Positions 1-11,771 of a stretch of 64,000 nucleotides of DNA are shown in pieces; position 1 is the first letter of the stretch; each line of letters starts with the position of its first letter. Position numbers and translations under genes: made by a program. The notes below the pieces were generated by a model, which saw only the letters and a program-made list of their open reading frames with translations, was not told the DNA's origin and did no database searches. Origin of the DNA: Paragordius varius (lineage: Eukaryota; Animalia; Nematomorpha); contig OZ176059.1 of assembly GCA_964247055.1 (NCBI GenBank), forward strand, positions 2,046,001 to 2,110,000, written 5' to 3'.

Positions 1-389
1 TTATATTAAAGGGCCTAAAACATAAGCACCACGATAACCTGATATTTCTTATCAGAATATACATATATATTATATAAATATATTATCATAATTTTATACC
101 CCCCGATTAACGCAGTGTGTAGTTTATGATATATTTATTAATTTGGAATAAGGCATTTCGTTACAATGAATTTTAATATAAGTTGTTTTCAATTGTTGCC
201 ATTTACTGATATGAGCCATTCCCACAAAATGGTACTTTCTATCATACGTAAGTCTCAAAATCAAAACCATCATAATGTGTCTATTTTTTATCAGATTATA
301 TATCGTTCTTATACCACCCGATTTTTTCCACAATGTAATATACATATATATATATATATATATATAAAATAAAACAGTCAAAAATTATT

Positions 390-1163
390 TAGGGATACAA
401 CTCATTTTCGTTTCCCTAGTTTTAATTTAAAGTCGTTGGATGCCCCAGGCCTGTTAAAATTAAATTTCAAAATATAAAATATTTGAAACCATGGCAATAT
501 TTTTTCATACATTTATTGAAATATATTAAAATATTCATTAAATTTTTAATAATACTTATTTTAAGGTACAAGTCAAATTGAGTCATATGACATGTGTGCA
601 TTCTCTATAACAACACATTAATTATTCCTTTGATTCAAATTGGGGTATTCGGAAACCCCAGGCAAGTAATTAACTACTTTAAAATTATGGAAGCAATCGA
701 AACCATGGCAAAATTTTGCACTGATATAATATTAATAAACTGAAATATGTAAAATAATTTTATTCAAAAATACTTGATATTACTTATTTTATGGTTAAAC
801 CCAAAGGTACAAATTTGATCAACGTGACATGTGTGCGTTAATTAAATCTAATACAAAATATACCACATTTTTTATTTTTATCAATGCTATTATGTAATTT
901 AAACAAATAATTAGCTTTAATTATATCTTTAAAAACAAATGAACACGCTATTTTGCAAAACTTTGCAAAATAAAAATGGCTCCAAAGTAGTTTGATATGA
1001 TACTTTTTTTCGAAATTTCGTTTAGATATTTTAGCATATTTATATAATTTATATTAGGATAGAGGCATTAAATTGGGACCGTTTTTTTCTGTAGTTTTTC
1101 AAAAATTATAAATTAAATTTGCCCTGGGACATTTAGATACCCCAATTTGAATCGAAGTGTTAA
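390..1163 (+). mobile_element. Two degraded copies (one partial) of piggyBac-like MITE family A
   Basis: Shares GAAACCATGGCAAAA, GACATGTGTGC, TTTTGCAAAA..AAAATGG and the right end GATACCCCAATTTGAATCGAAGTG-TTAA (ends 1163) with the intact copies at 1351 and 2640. Confidence 0.75.
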
Positions 1164-1350
1164 AAATAATTTAAAATAAACCGCCTTTTCTGTTAATATC
1201 TATAAAGATGGAATTTTTATCAAAAATTATCTTTAAAATAAATTAGACGCGATATTTTGCAAAAATTTGCAAAATGAAAATGGAACTTAATATGGAAGTT
1301 TTTTTCAAAACTATTTTATTTTAATATATCGGCTTATTTATTTATATTAA

Positions 1351-1928
1351 CACTTGGATACAACATACTCATTTTAGTCCTTCGATTTAAATTGGGGTAG
1401 TTGGATACCCCAGGCCTGTTTAAAATTATTTCTTTAAAAAATATAGAAGGAATCGAAACCATGGCAAAATCTTGCACTTATCTAACATTAATAAACCGAA
1501 CTATATAAAAAAATTTATTCAAAAATACCTGATATTACTTATTTTAAGCTAAAACCGAAAGGTAAAAATTTCGTCAACGTGACATGTGTCAAATTGCAAA
1601 ATTGAAAAATTATACAAACTAAACCGCTTTTTCTATTTCTATCAATGTTAGATGTAATTTATATAAAAAATAAGCTTTAGTTTTACCCTTAAAATTTAAT
1701 AAAGACGATATTTTGCAAAAATTTTGTAAAATAAAAATGGCGTCGAAAGTAGTTTGAGATGAAGCTTTTTTTCAAAACAAAATTTTATCAAGATATTTTG
1801 GCATATTTATATAATATTTATCAGGATAGAAGCATAAATTTTTGGGACCGTTTCCTTCAGTAGTTTTTTAAAAAAATTAATTTAAATTTAGTCTGGGGTA
1901 TTTATATACCCCAATTTGAATCGAAGTG
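1351..1928 (+). mobile_element. piggyBac-like MITE family A, full copy (578 bp)
   Basis: TTAA on both flanks (1347-1350, 1929-1932); ends CACTTGGATAC / TCGAAGTG; near-identical to 2640-3218. An extra right-end fragment occurs at about 1950-2041. Confidence 0.85.
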
Positions 1929-2639
1929 TTAAGATTAAGTATAAATCTAAATGGAGACCGTTTCTTTCAGTAGTTTTTTAAAATATCAACTTAAATATAT
2001 GCTGGGGTATTTGAATATTTTAACTAGGATCGAAGTGTTAAGTAATATACCGAATTACATTCCTCTAAAATAGCTTAGAAAAAACATAAAAAGCCTATCC
2101 CGTGAATATAAGTTCTAGACGGTATCAAATATAATCGTGCTTTTTGTGGCATGGTGGAAACCAAAATATAAGATATGAACACATCTTTTAAATAATTTGA
2201 TACTGATGATAATTTCCATCACATCAAATAAAATAAGATTTGTTTCGGCTTTAATTTAGGTAACTGAATAAAAAACTACAATTTAAAACTTTAACGCTAT
2301 CGTATTTTAAATTCTAAGATGAAAAAAACTTTAAAGGCATATTAATAAATGCAGAGTCTATATCTTGAGCTTAAATTGCCTTTTCCTTTGTGTTTCCTTT
2401 CGTCAAATGTTGAAATCGTTTTTTCAACTCAAATTGTAATTGAACAAGCAAAATCAATTTTTATTACCTTAACTTTATTGGCTAATACATTTAGCAACAG
2501 TATAAAATTCAAAAAAATAATTGCTGTCAATGAGTTTAAGATGAGAATTTTCTAATGTATTTAAAAAATATTTTTATACAGAATGTGTCTATTTAACCAT
2601 AAAACATATTGTGTTTGGCATATCATAGACGGTATTTAA

Positions 2640-3218
2640 CACTTGGATACAACACACTCATTTTAGTCCTTCGATTCAAATTGGGGTAGTTGGATACCCC
2701 AGGCTTGTTTAATATTAAAATCTTTAAAAAATATAGAAGGAATCGAAACCATGGCAAAATTTTGCACTTATCTAACATTAAACCGAAATATATAAAAAAT
2801 TTTATTCAAAAATACTTGATATTACTTATTTTAAGCTAAAACCGAAAGGTAAAAATTTCGTCATCGTGGCATGTGTCAAATTTTAAAATTGAAAAATTTT
2901 ACAAATTAAACCGCTTTTTCTATTTCTATCAATGTTAGATGTAATTTATATAAAAAATTAGCTTTAGTTTTACCCTTAAAATTAAATAAAGACGATATTT
3001 TTCAAAAACTTTGTGAAATAAAAATGGTGTCGAAGTAGTTTGAGATGGAGCTTTTTTTTCAAAACAAAATTTTATCAAGATATTTTGGCATATTTATACA
3101 ATATTTATCAGGATAGAAGCATAAAATTAAATTGGGACCGTTTCCTTCAGTAGTTTTTTTAAAATATTAATTTAAATTAAGTCTGGGGTATTTAGATACC
3201 CCAATTTGAACCGAAGTG
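2640..3218 (+). mobile_element. piggyBac-like MITE family A, full copy (579 bp)
   Basis: TTAA flanks 2636-2639 and 3219-3222; same termini; ends within 80 bp of the QSOX start codon. Confidence 0.85.
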
Positions 3219-3299
3219 TTAAATATATTATATAATTGATAACAAACATGAAACTATCTCAAATAGCATTTCAATTTTTTTATATGTATTGACGAATGA

Positions 3300-6200
3300 A
3301 TGATTTCAAGCAAGCAGGTTATTGGTGCTTACCTGCTTTTGGGATTAGCAGGGTGTAATTTTGTTCCATCGCTCTTCTCGAAAGATGATCCAATTACAAT
3401 TTTAGACGACAAAACATTTCACAATGAAATAAAGGATAAACCATATTCCATTGTAGTAAATTTTTTTGCAAGCTGGTGTGGTCACTGCAAACATTTTGCC
3501 CCTACTTACATTACCTATGCAAATAATATATTAAGTATCATTTTGATCCATAAACTTATAGAATGGAATAAATTTGTTAGGATATTAGCCATTGATTGTG
3601 CAATTGAAGCCAATAATGTTATATGCATTGATTATGGAGTAGTAGCCTTTCCAACACTTAAAGTATATATTTTTTCGTAAATAAAGTTTTTTACACCCAT
3701 AAATAATGGCACGAACTATGTTAATATGAAAGTTTATCATGAAGTCCCCGAACTTATTAAGGAAACTTTGTTTCACACCTTCAGAGTTAACTTGGATTAC
3801 AAGCATTGGAAACAAAAATTATCCGATTTTATACATAGGTACATTTTATTTTAAAAAAAGAAATTTATCTAACCACCAATCCAACCAAAAACAACTGCTA
3901 ATTGCTCATCGAAATGAAAACTCAACTTTACCTTTAGAAGTATATATACTAGCAAAAATATACCCATAGATTATATTTGATTTTTTAAATATCACCAATC
4001 TCGCAATTAATCGCATTAATCAAAATACATTTGACGAATTTGAAAGTTATCAAGGGTTTGTGCCAAACTCATCATTATTATTGTTTGACCCAGGATCCAA
4101 TAAAATTATACATAGGTTTATTTTCCTCTTAAAATATTAGTTTAAATATTGATAATTACACCATGGAACATGTATATGACATTTGTACATCCATCGTCAA
4201 CCATTACGATGTCAAAGATTTTGACTTGTCCATTTGTAAAATCCATGAATCTCGGCGTGAAACGCTTTACAAAATAGATCAATCGGCTAAGAATTTTCAA
4301 CATTCAGCTATTCGAAATAAAGTTTTTGAAAGGTTAAAATTACTTATATTAAATTTGTCGACATAATAATCTTATATCTAAAACCATAATGCATTCATTT
4401 AATTGCAGTGAAAACAAAAATACTATTGGTTATTTTTGAATGGGGGTATAATATATATTAATAATTGATTTCTGTTTAACTATTTGATTATTTTGATTAT
4501 TATTAGTTTTACTGATACATAGAATTTTTAATATGGGAATTTAGGATGCGCCATCTCTATGCTCAAGATTTGGAATCTGCCTTACATCATTTTTTCTTCC
4601 AAGAATTGCCAAGACATACCCAACCTTTCACATCAAATCAATCGTCTGCCCTAACCCAATTTATCGATTCACTGATTCGTTATTTACCACGTGATCTTTT
4701 ATTAACCGTATCAGACGACAAAACTAATATATATGGACATCAATTGGGGACATTTTTACACCATGTTAGCTCATATCTCAATCAAAGTGTATCAGCTCAA
4801 TTACCTATTTCGGGTTCAAATTTCACGGAATTATTCGTATCAGAGGTTAGAATTAATATTTTGTTTTAATTTTATACATTATATTAATTATGATTATATT
4901 GTCTCATTTGTTATATTGGTTCGTTTCAATAATTTATAATTGTAGCGCCTCATTATTATGTTAACTCATTCTAAGGGTCACGTACATGTTAGTTTGTGCT
5001 TGTTTGTTACCTAATTACCTATTTATATTATTTGTGCCTTTAAATATATGAGATTTTAGTTATCTCATTAGGTATAAGAAATATAAATTTTAAAGTATAG
5101 TTAATTAGCAGGTATAAAGTTTTCAATTTTATCTACTTTTATGTTAATCCTTTTTAATAAAGAAACATTTATACAGTATTGTGTATGTGTGCGTATGACC
5201 TACCTGACCTTGTTACGTTTTATTGTATTCTCAATGTTAATCTTTTTTATATCGTCTTTTCTCTTTTATAGAGTTTGATTACAATTAATTTTATATAGAG
5301 GGGTTTATATTTTTACTAATTTTTAATATAAAAGAAACTTTTATATCATTGTATAATTCTTACGTTACTTTATTAAAAAAAATATTTTAAAATTTCATAA
5401 GATTGTTTTCCGACCGAGTGATTATATACTTTTTTTATTTCATAAAGGATATTACTATTATTTTAGCCGTAAGATATATTTAGTCCTGTACTATTTTTAG
5501 AATTACGAATTGAAAATAATTCAATGTAATTAAAATAAATGTTAAAACTTATCTCATATAAGGGTATTTTAATTCTTTAGTCCAATTAAGTAATTTAAAA
5601 AATTTAAATAAGGCTACTAATAAATTAAAATAAAACTATTTTTAAATATATTATTTTTCTTATTGACTGTATTGTCTCAAATTTTAAACTATCTCATACA
5701 CAACATAATTATTCAATTATGTTGGAAAGTTTTTTAAATATAGTTTTCATACACGGTGCGCAGAAAGGATAAATGTCTATAAATCATATAACATTTGATA
5801 GCTAATTAGGATAAAATGATTCGGTTAAACTACAAGAACGTTATTTCAATTTTTTTTGTTAATAGTGAAAATCAAAAAATCGCATTTTTTCGCCAATTAG
5901 GTCAAATAAAGTTAATTACAATAGATAAAATAGTTATGTTAAACCAACATAATATCTTAGGTTTTTTTGAATCCCAAGATTTCTTAGAATCAAAGCAGAA
6001 AAATCGCACTTTGGCATCATATTTAAATCATTTAAACCTGTTAATATGCAGTAAATTTTTTATATTAAAACTATCATATATCTACTATATTTTACGTAAA
6101 GTTTACCCAATATATCGCCATTGAAATAATTTAAGTCTTATATAAAAAGATGATTTTCCGATAATTTGCATCAAAACGGGAGCTGCTTATAATTTTTGCA

Positions 6201-9200
6201 AAACACTTAATTTATATATTATAAATACTTTTTCCATTCAATGGGATAGAGAAAAATGTATTAATTGATTCAGATTTATATTTGAATATGCTCTGAGGCC
6301 ATTATTAAAAGCCAAGGTGCCAAAAATATATAAACGAATATGCGGTTAAAGAAATTCCTTAACTCAAAAATTTGAGATTATTCTTTTTTCCGCATCCAAT
6401 TATATGGAAAAAGTATTTATGTATTTTTTATATAAAGCTTAATTGTTATACGATATATCGGGTAAACTTTATTTATAAATTAACTATGATTAAAATAATT
6501 TTTTACCGAATATTTTTATGACTCAAATTCGACGCAAAGTGCGATTATTCAGTTTTAACTCTTGTAAGTATTTTTTTAGGACCCAATGTAAAATCTTTAT
6601 TAATAATATTTTATGCGTTAAGAATTTACTTATATTACATTTTTACAAACTACTAAAATTTATTGGATGCGTTTTCCTATATTCTCTTAATTTTATTTGA
6701 CCTAATATGCGATAGAAATGCAATTTTTTAATTTTGGTTGATAACAGAAAAATTAGAAAACCTTTTTTCATTAATCGCACAGATTATAGCAATATTTATC
6801 CAGATTTTAGCTAATGATAGGATTTATTGACATTTAATTTTTGATCCCATTTTTGCCGCAAGTTAAATAATTTTTTATAACCTTTTATCACTAATTTAAT
6901 TACTCTATTCTTTAAACGTTTAAAACCATAAAAATAATTTATTTCCTCATTTCCATATAACAGTCAAAGATTTTTTTGTGCGAATAGTTTTATGAGTTGA
7001 TTTATTTTTTACGTTTTTTCGGATACTTTTTTTCGCTATACTATTCACACGCATAATTGCCCATAAAACTGATTTGACTGCACAAATTTAATATTTGCTC
7101 TAAAAATGGGCATTAATTTCCAAATTAATATCATCGAATATAATTATATTTTAACAAAAAATAGGCAGGTTTCACTTTATCATTTTTGGATTATAATTTA
7201 TTTTTTATACCTAGGGTTTAACATGATTATTAATTAATTTTTTACCTTAAAGAAATATATATAAATAAGACACCATTTTCAATTTACTCTTTTTCAACGA
7301 AAAAATATATTGACCATTATACCGCTGTTTATTTAAGCAATCATTCATGAGCGATCATAAGCAGTCATCGATAACCTCAGGAATAAAATTCATTGTTTAA
7401 AATTGAATTTTAATATGAATATTTAATATACATTAATTGGAATTATAATATGAATTCAGTTATAATCTAATATATTTAAACATGAATATTCGTTAACTGC
7501 GATTAGGCTTTGTATATATTAATAACTACTAATAAAACAAATTTAAAACTTATCAAATTTACAATGGAGCCAAAAAAACATGTCTTTTAAAAATTTATAA
7601 AACTTAATTTTTGTGATCGAAATTTAAGGAATATTTAAATTTAGGTAATATTTATAAATAATAATGTTATACAGAATTTTGAAAGAAATAAAAAAATGGT
7701 TAATTTAATGCCTTTATTATTTTTGGTCCATTTTAAGGTTTCTTAATTCCCATGAACTAATAAAAAGTTTGTGATAAGGTCTTATATACACACAAACAAT
7801 TACAAAGAGTCTTATTTCGAAATTGGCAAAATGTAAGATTATTGAATAAACTGATTAGGTGATATGTCCTGTTTTTTTGTTGAAAAAATATTTCTTTTTT
7901 TTAGGATCTTGAATCACTTTTTGTATTGGGTCGCAACGAAACTTGGATAACGTGTAATGGGAGTGCCCCTATGTTACGTGGCTATCCTTGTGGTTTATGG
8001 ACCCTTTTTCACACTCTTACAGTTGGAATGTATCACAAATATAAGGATTCGAATGCCGGTATTACATAATCTAATTTGAAAGATAAAACGTGAAATCAAA
8101 AGTTTATTTTTTATTTTCTATAATCATTATTATATATATTTTTACACCAACTTAACACGCACGTATTGTGTATAGAGGAAATTGGAAGGCAACCCTATCT
8201 ATTGCTATGCAATATCCGGGAATTTATCCGACACTTTTTTTCATGTACCCAATGTGTTGAAAATTTTGTCAAACAAGCCGATAAATTACATTACATCACT
8301 CCTGGTGAGATTGGTATAATTTTGCACTTTAATCTAATCTAATCATACAGTAGCTTATAGTCAAAAACAACAAGCCGTTGAATTTAAACATTTTTATTAG
8401 TGCAATTATAATTCAGCTAAAATTATATGAATTTGTTTTTCGATTACTAGCAGTAATCTTGGTTAAACGTAAAAAATAAAATCAAAATAACTAAAATTTA
8501 AAGTATAAAGTACAAAGTACAAATATTTAATGAGATATGAAGCTAAAAAAACATGTGTATGGTGTTATTTAAAAAAATTTGTAATGTTATTTATATTGTT
8601 GAGATCTTTCTTTCTGTTTATTATATTTTCTTTTTGTTTTATACTTATATTTTAACTAAAAATAATTGTTTAATTATGCCCTTAAATTTTGTTTTATTGC
8701 CATAGCTACTGTATCTTAGAGTTTAGACGGAGAGCATTTACAGTATCAGTAAAAACGCCTTGATAATAATTTTATATTTTCAAATATTGCCAGAAATGAT
8801 AGTCTAGCAAAGCGCAAAATCATTGGTTTTATGGTATTTTTCGCCTTTTTAAAATTAGGGCCAATAATAAGTCTCTTTGCTATATATGTTATCTGGCAAC
8901 TTGCTAAGCAATACATTTTTTACTCATACTGTATCTTATTACGGTATAAATATGAATAACTATACACTCTAATCATTTATCAGATAGCTTTTGTTTTGAA
9001 AAGAAATTATTATTGGTCAAGAAAAAAATAACTCTAAGCCAATTATATTGCTCTTTGTTGTATCTACTTGTCTTGCAAAAATTTATTAGAAAAATTGTAA
9101 ATTGTTTATATATAAATTAAAAACTGTGAATTTTAGCCATTAAATTTTTTTCTCTCTCTTTATTAAATATACTCTTTCGCAATATTAAATTAGCATAGAC

Positions 9201-10504
9201 TAGCAATGCATTTTTATTCAAAATATCTTTATATATTGTTCTCTTCAATTTAATAACTACCTTTTAATGTTTTCACTCTAATATAAAATTTTCCAATCAA
9301 AAATATTACACATTTAGATAGCCAAATTAATGAATTTAATAAGGATAATCCGTTGGGTAAATTTGCTCTTATACGAGAACCGAAAGATGCCGTTTTATGG
9401 TTTTGGGCCATGCATAATAGCGCTAATAAGCGGTTAGCCGGTGATATTTCGGAAGACCCATTGTACCCAAAAATCCAATACCCGCCAAACATACTGTGCC
9501 CAAATTGTTTGATTGATCAACGGACAAAAACTCAGCTAACCTTGGCTGATAATCAAAATGGTAACTTTTTTTAGAGTGGTTTACATAATTTTACAAAGCA
9601 TTTTATAAGTTTGTAATAATTTAAGTTAACGAGAAAACGACAAAATATAAAACAATAATTTTTACGATTTTGTAATCGTATATCTAAACGGTTTGATTGA
9701 TTAACGGACAAAAACTCAACTAGAAAATCAATTAATAATATTATTTATATTATAAAAAAGAGGAAGAAACTTAAAAGGTAAAAAGTCTGATAATTTTGTA
9801 ATTTTGTGCATATTGGGTGTTATTCAACGTACAAAAACACCTAACCATAAAAATGAAAGTGGTATATTTTTATCGTATAATTATTACCCTTTTTTATAAA
9901 AATTTTTTAGTTTTTTTAATATGAATGTGGAATAATATAAACAATAATTTACAAAAAATAAATTAATTATTAAGGCAAATATAAATACAAAAGTATAATA
10001 AAAATCAAAATTATAAAGACAACAAACACAACATAAAAAGTGAAAGTCTTCTGATAGTTTTAAATACAAAGCCAAACTGTTTGATTGACACTTTTAAAAT
10101 TCATAAATCGTGCTACCATACAATAATAAATTTTTAGGGTTTTGATAATTATTAAAAAGCAAGTTGAAAGTATAGTAAATTTTCGTTTTTTAATCCGAAA
10201 ATTTAATGCGTAAAAACTTATATATAATATATTATCTTAAAGTAGAGATAATTATAAATTATCTACTTGCGATTTAGAATACGTGTTCTGGAATTACACG
10301 GCTTTACTTGAATTTCTTACCACGCATTACAGTGCAGCTAATTTGCAGTTAGGAGCTGCTTTGACACAAACAGCTGATCTCCTCCATAATAACGAACACG
10401 TGACCCCCAACAGCCAATTACCTAGACCGGCTCAGAGCGTTGATTTATCGCAATATCGTTGGAAATTTGCTTCACCTATAATATCACTTGATGGAGTAAA
10501 TGTA

Positions 10505-10538
<34 letters not shown>

Positions 10539-11771
10539 ATATATTTACAATTTTTAGCACAGTAAGACATTTTAATCAAAATGTCAAATTATTTTTTTTA
10601 GTATGAAAGCTTTTAACTACCATTATGATGACCTGAATTGGGAAAAAATACATGAATTATTGCATCACGACCCATTTAAAAAATATAGGAAATCTTTTTG
10701 ACTAATATTATTAAATTTATTTATATAATACATTTTAATTGCCAATAATAAAAAAAATCATAAAATTTAAGTTTTTTGGCTTATAATAAGGGTTTTATAT
10801 TGTATACAAACCACAGTAGGTCTGTGGGAAGGTGTGTTGTAATCAATTATAACATAAAAATTAAGAAGTGCATGATAAGCTAATAAATTTGTCTCTGTTT
10901 TAACATATAGGGCGGTCCACTATTCAAAAGTAAATGCAAATAAACAACTTTATATTAGATATCTTTTCCTTGCGATTTATAAATGAGGGTTGATTTGTAA
11001 TATAGGTTTAAAAACGTGGTTTGACTCTTAGATTTGATTTTGTTCATATAATATTGATTATTAATTATTCTTCGATAGAATAAAACAGTATATCATACGC
11101 GTCCATCACCAAATAGTTTGTATGGAAAAAAACGGCCATTACATTATGAAACAATTTCGTTGGATGATAGCAAAAACAGCAAAAGAAAAAACTCCTCCCC
11201 CATTATACATGTGAACTACAATAATAATTCCTATTATGTTTCGAGATTTGGACTCTCCTATTCGACCTGTGGGACACTTTGGTTAATTTGTCTGGCAGTT
11301 TGCGTTATTTTATGGATCCTATTCATACGTTACAAACATGTTAGGGGTGGTAAAAATTATATGATGTACAAAAATTCTTATAATGGTAATACTACCAACT
11401 TTTTTTATCAAATGTTTAATCTCCCCGCCTTGTTTCATTCCAAAGGAGGGAATAATGGTAATTCTGGTACATCATTACATAACATGTATCACATGTCCCA
11501 CAACAATAACGATTTTTCATTCAAACATTTTTATAGCGCTATTAAGCATTTCATGTACCGCGTTACTAATATGTTTACGGGTAAAAAATTTGGTGATAAA
11601 TTTTATGGTGGACAAAAATACACCTATTTAACAAACGGCTCAGGGCAGCTTAAAAGATCATTTTCACCCGTTTGTGAAACTACTTCATTAGATTGTGGTG
11701 ATTGTGATTTAATTCGTAATAAAATTGGTAGTAACACAGAACCATGTTTTACACCACTAAAACGTATATAA
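3300..11771 (+). CDS. QSOX: Quiescin sulfhydryl oxidase (thioredoxin + ERV/ALR, membrane-anchored form), about 880 aa, 12 exons
   Basis: Signal-peptide-like N-terminus; Trx site FFASWCGHC; LYAQDLESALH; TWITCNGS..RGYPCGLWTLFHTLTV; ERV CxxC FFSCTQC; AVLWFWAMHNSANKRLAGDISEDPLYPKIQYP..LCPNC; C-terminal TM helix. Exons 3300-3534, 3562-3662, 3687-3838, 3861-3939, 3970-4115, 4141-4332, 4545-4845, 7905-8058, 8176-8304, 9318-9560, 10278-10495, 11079-11771; all GT-AG and phase-consistent. Possible alternative start 3248 via a 25-nt intron 3286-3310. Confidence 0.93.
5757..6860. repeat. About 1.1-kb imperfect palindrome (foldback element) in QSOX intron 7
   Basis: Paired blocks: about 5770-5810 with 6805-6840; 5875-5910 with 6685-6730; AATCGCACTTT 6002 with AAAGTGCGATT 6536; AAAGTTTACCCAATATATCG 6098 with CGATATATCGGGTAAACTTT 6451; ATAAATACTTTTTCCAT 6221 with ATGGAAAAAGTATTTAT 6404. 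Confidence 0.75.
8346..8713. mobile_element. Tc1/mariner-like MITE (TA-CAGTAG termini)
   Basis: TACAGTAGCTTATAGTCAAAAAC ... GTTTTATTGCCATAGCTACTGTA. Confidence 0.6.

Noticed and set aside
124-2555. Short six-frame ORFs here, and similar ones elsewhere such as 5816-6124, 22863-23249, 28292-28504, 47064-47276 and those antisense to exons
   Set aside because: Ile/Leu/Phe/Lys/Tyr-rich translations of AT-rich or MITE DNA, or shadows of real exons; no domain motifs or splice-consistent context.
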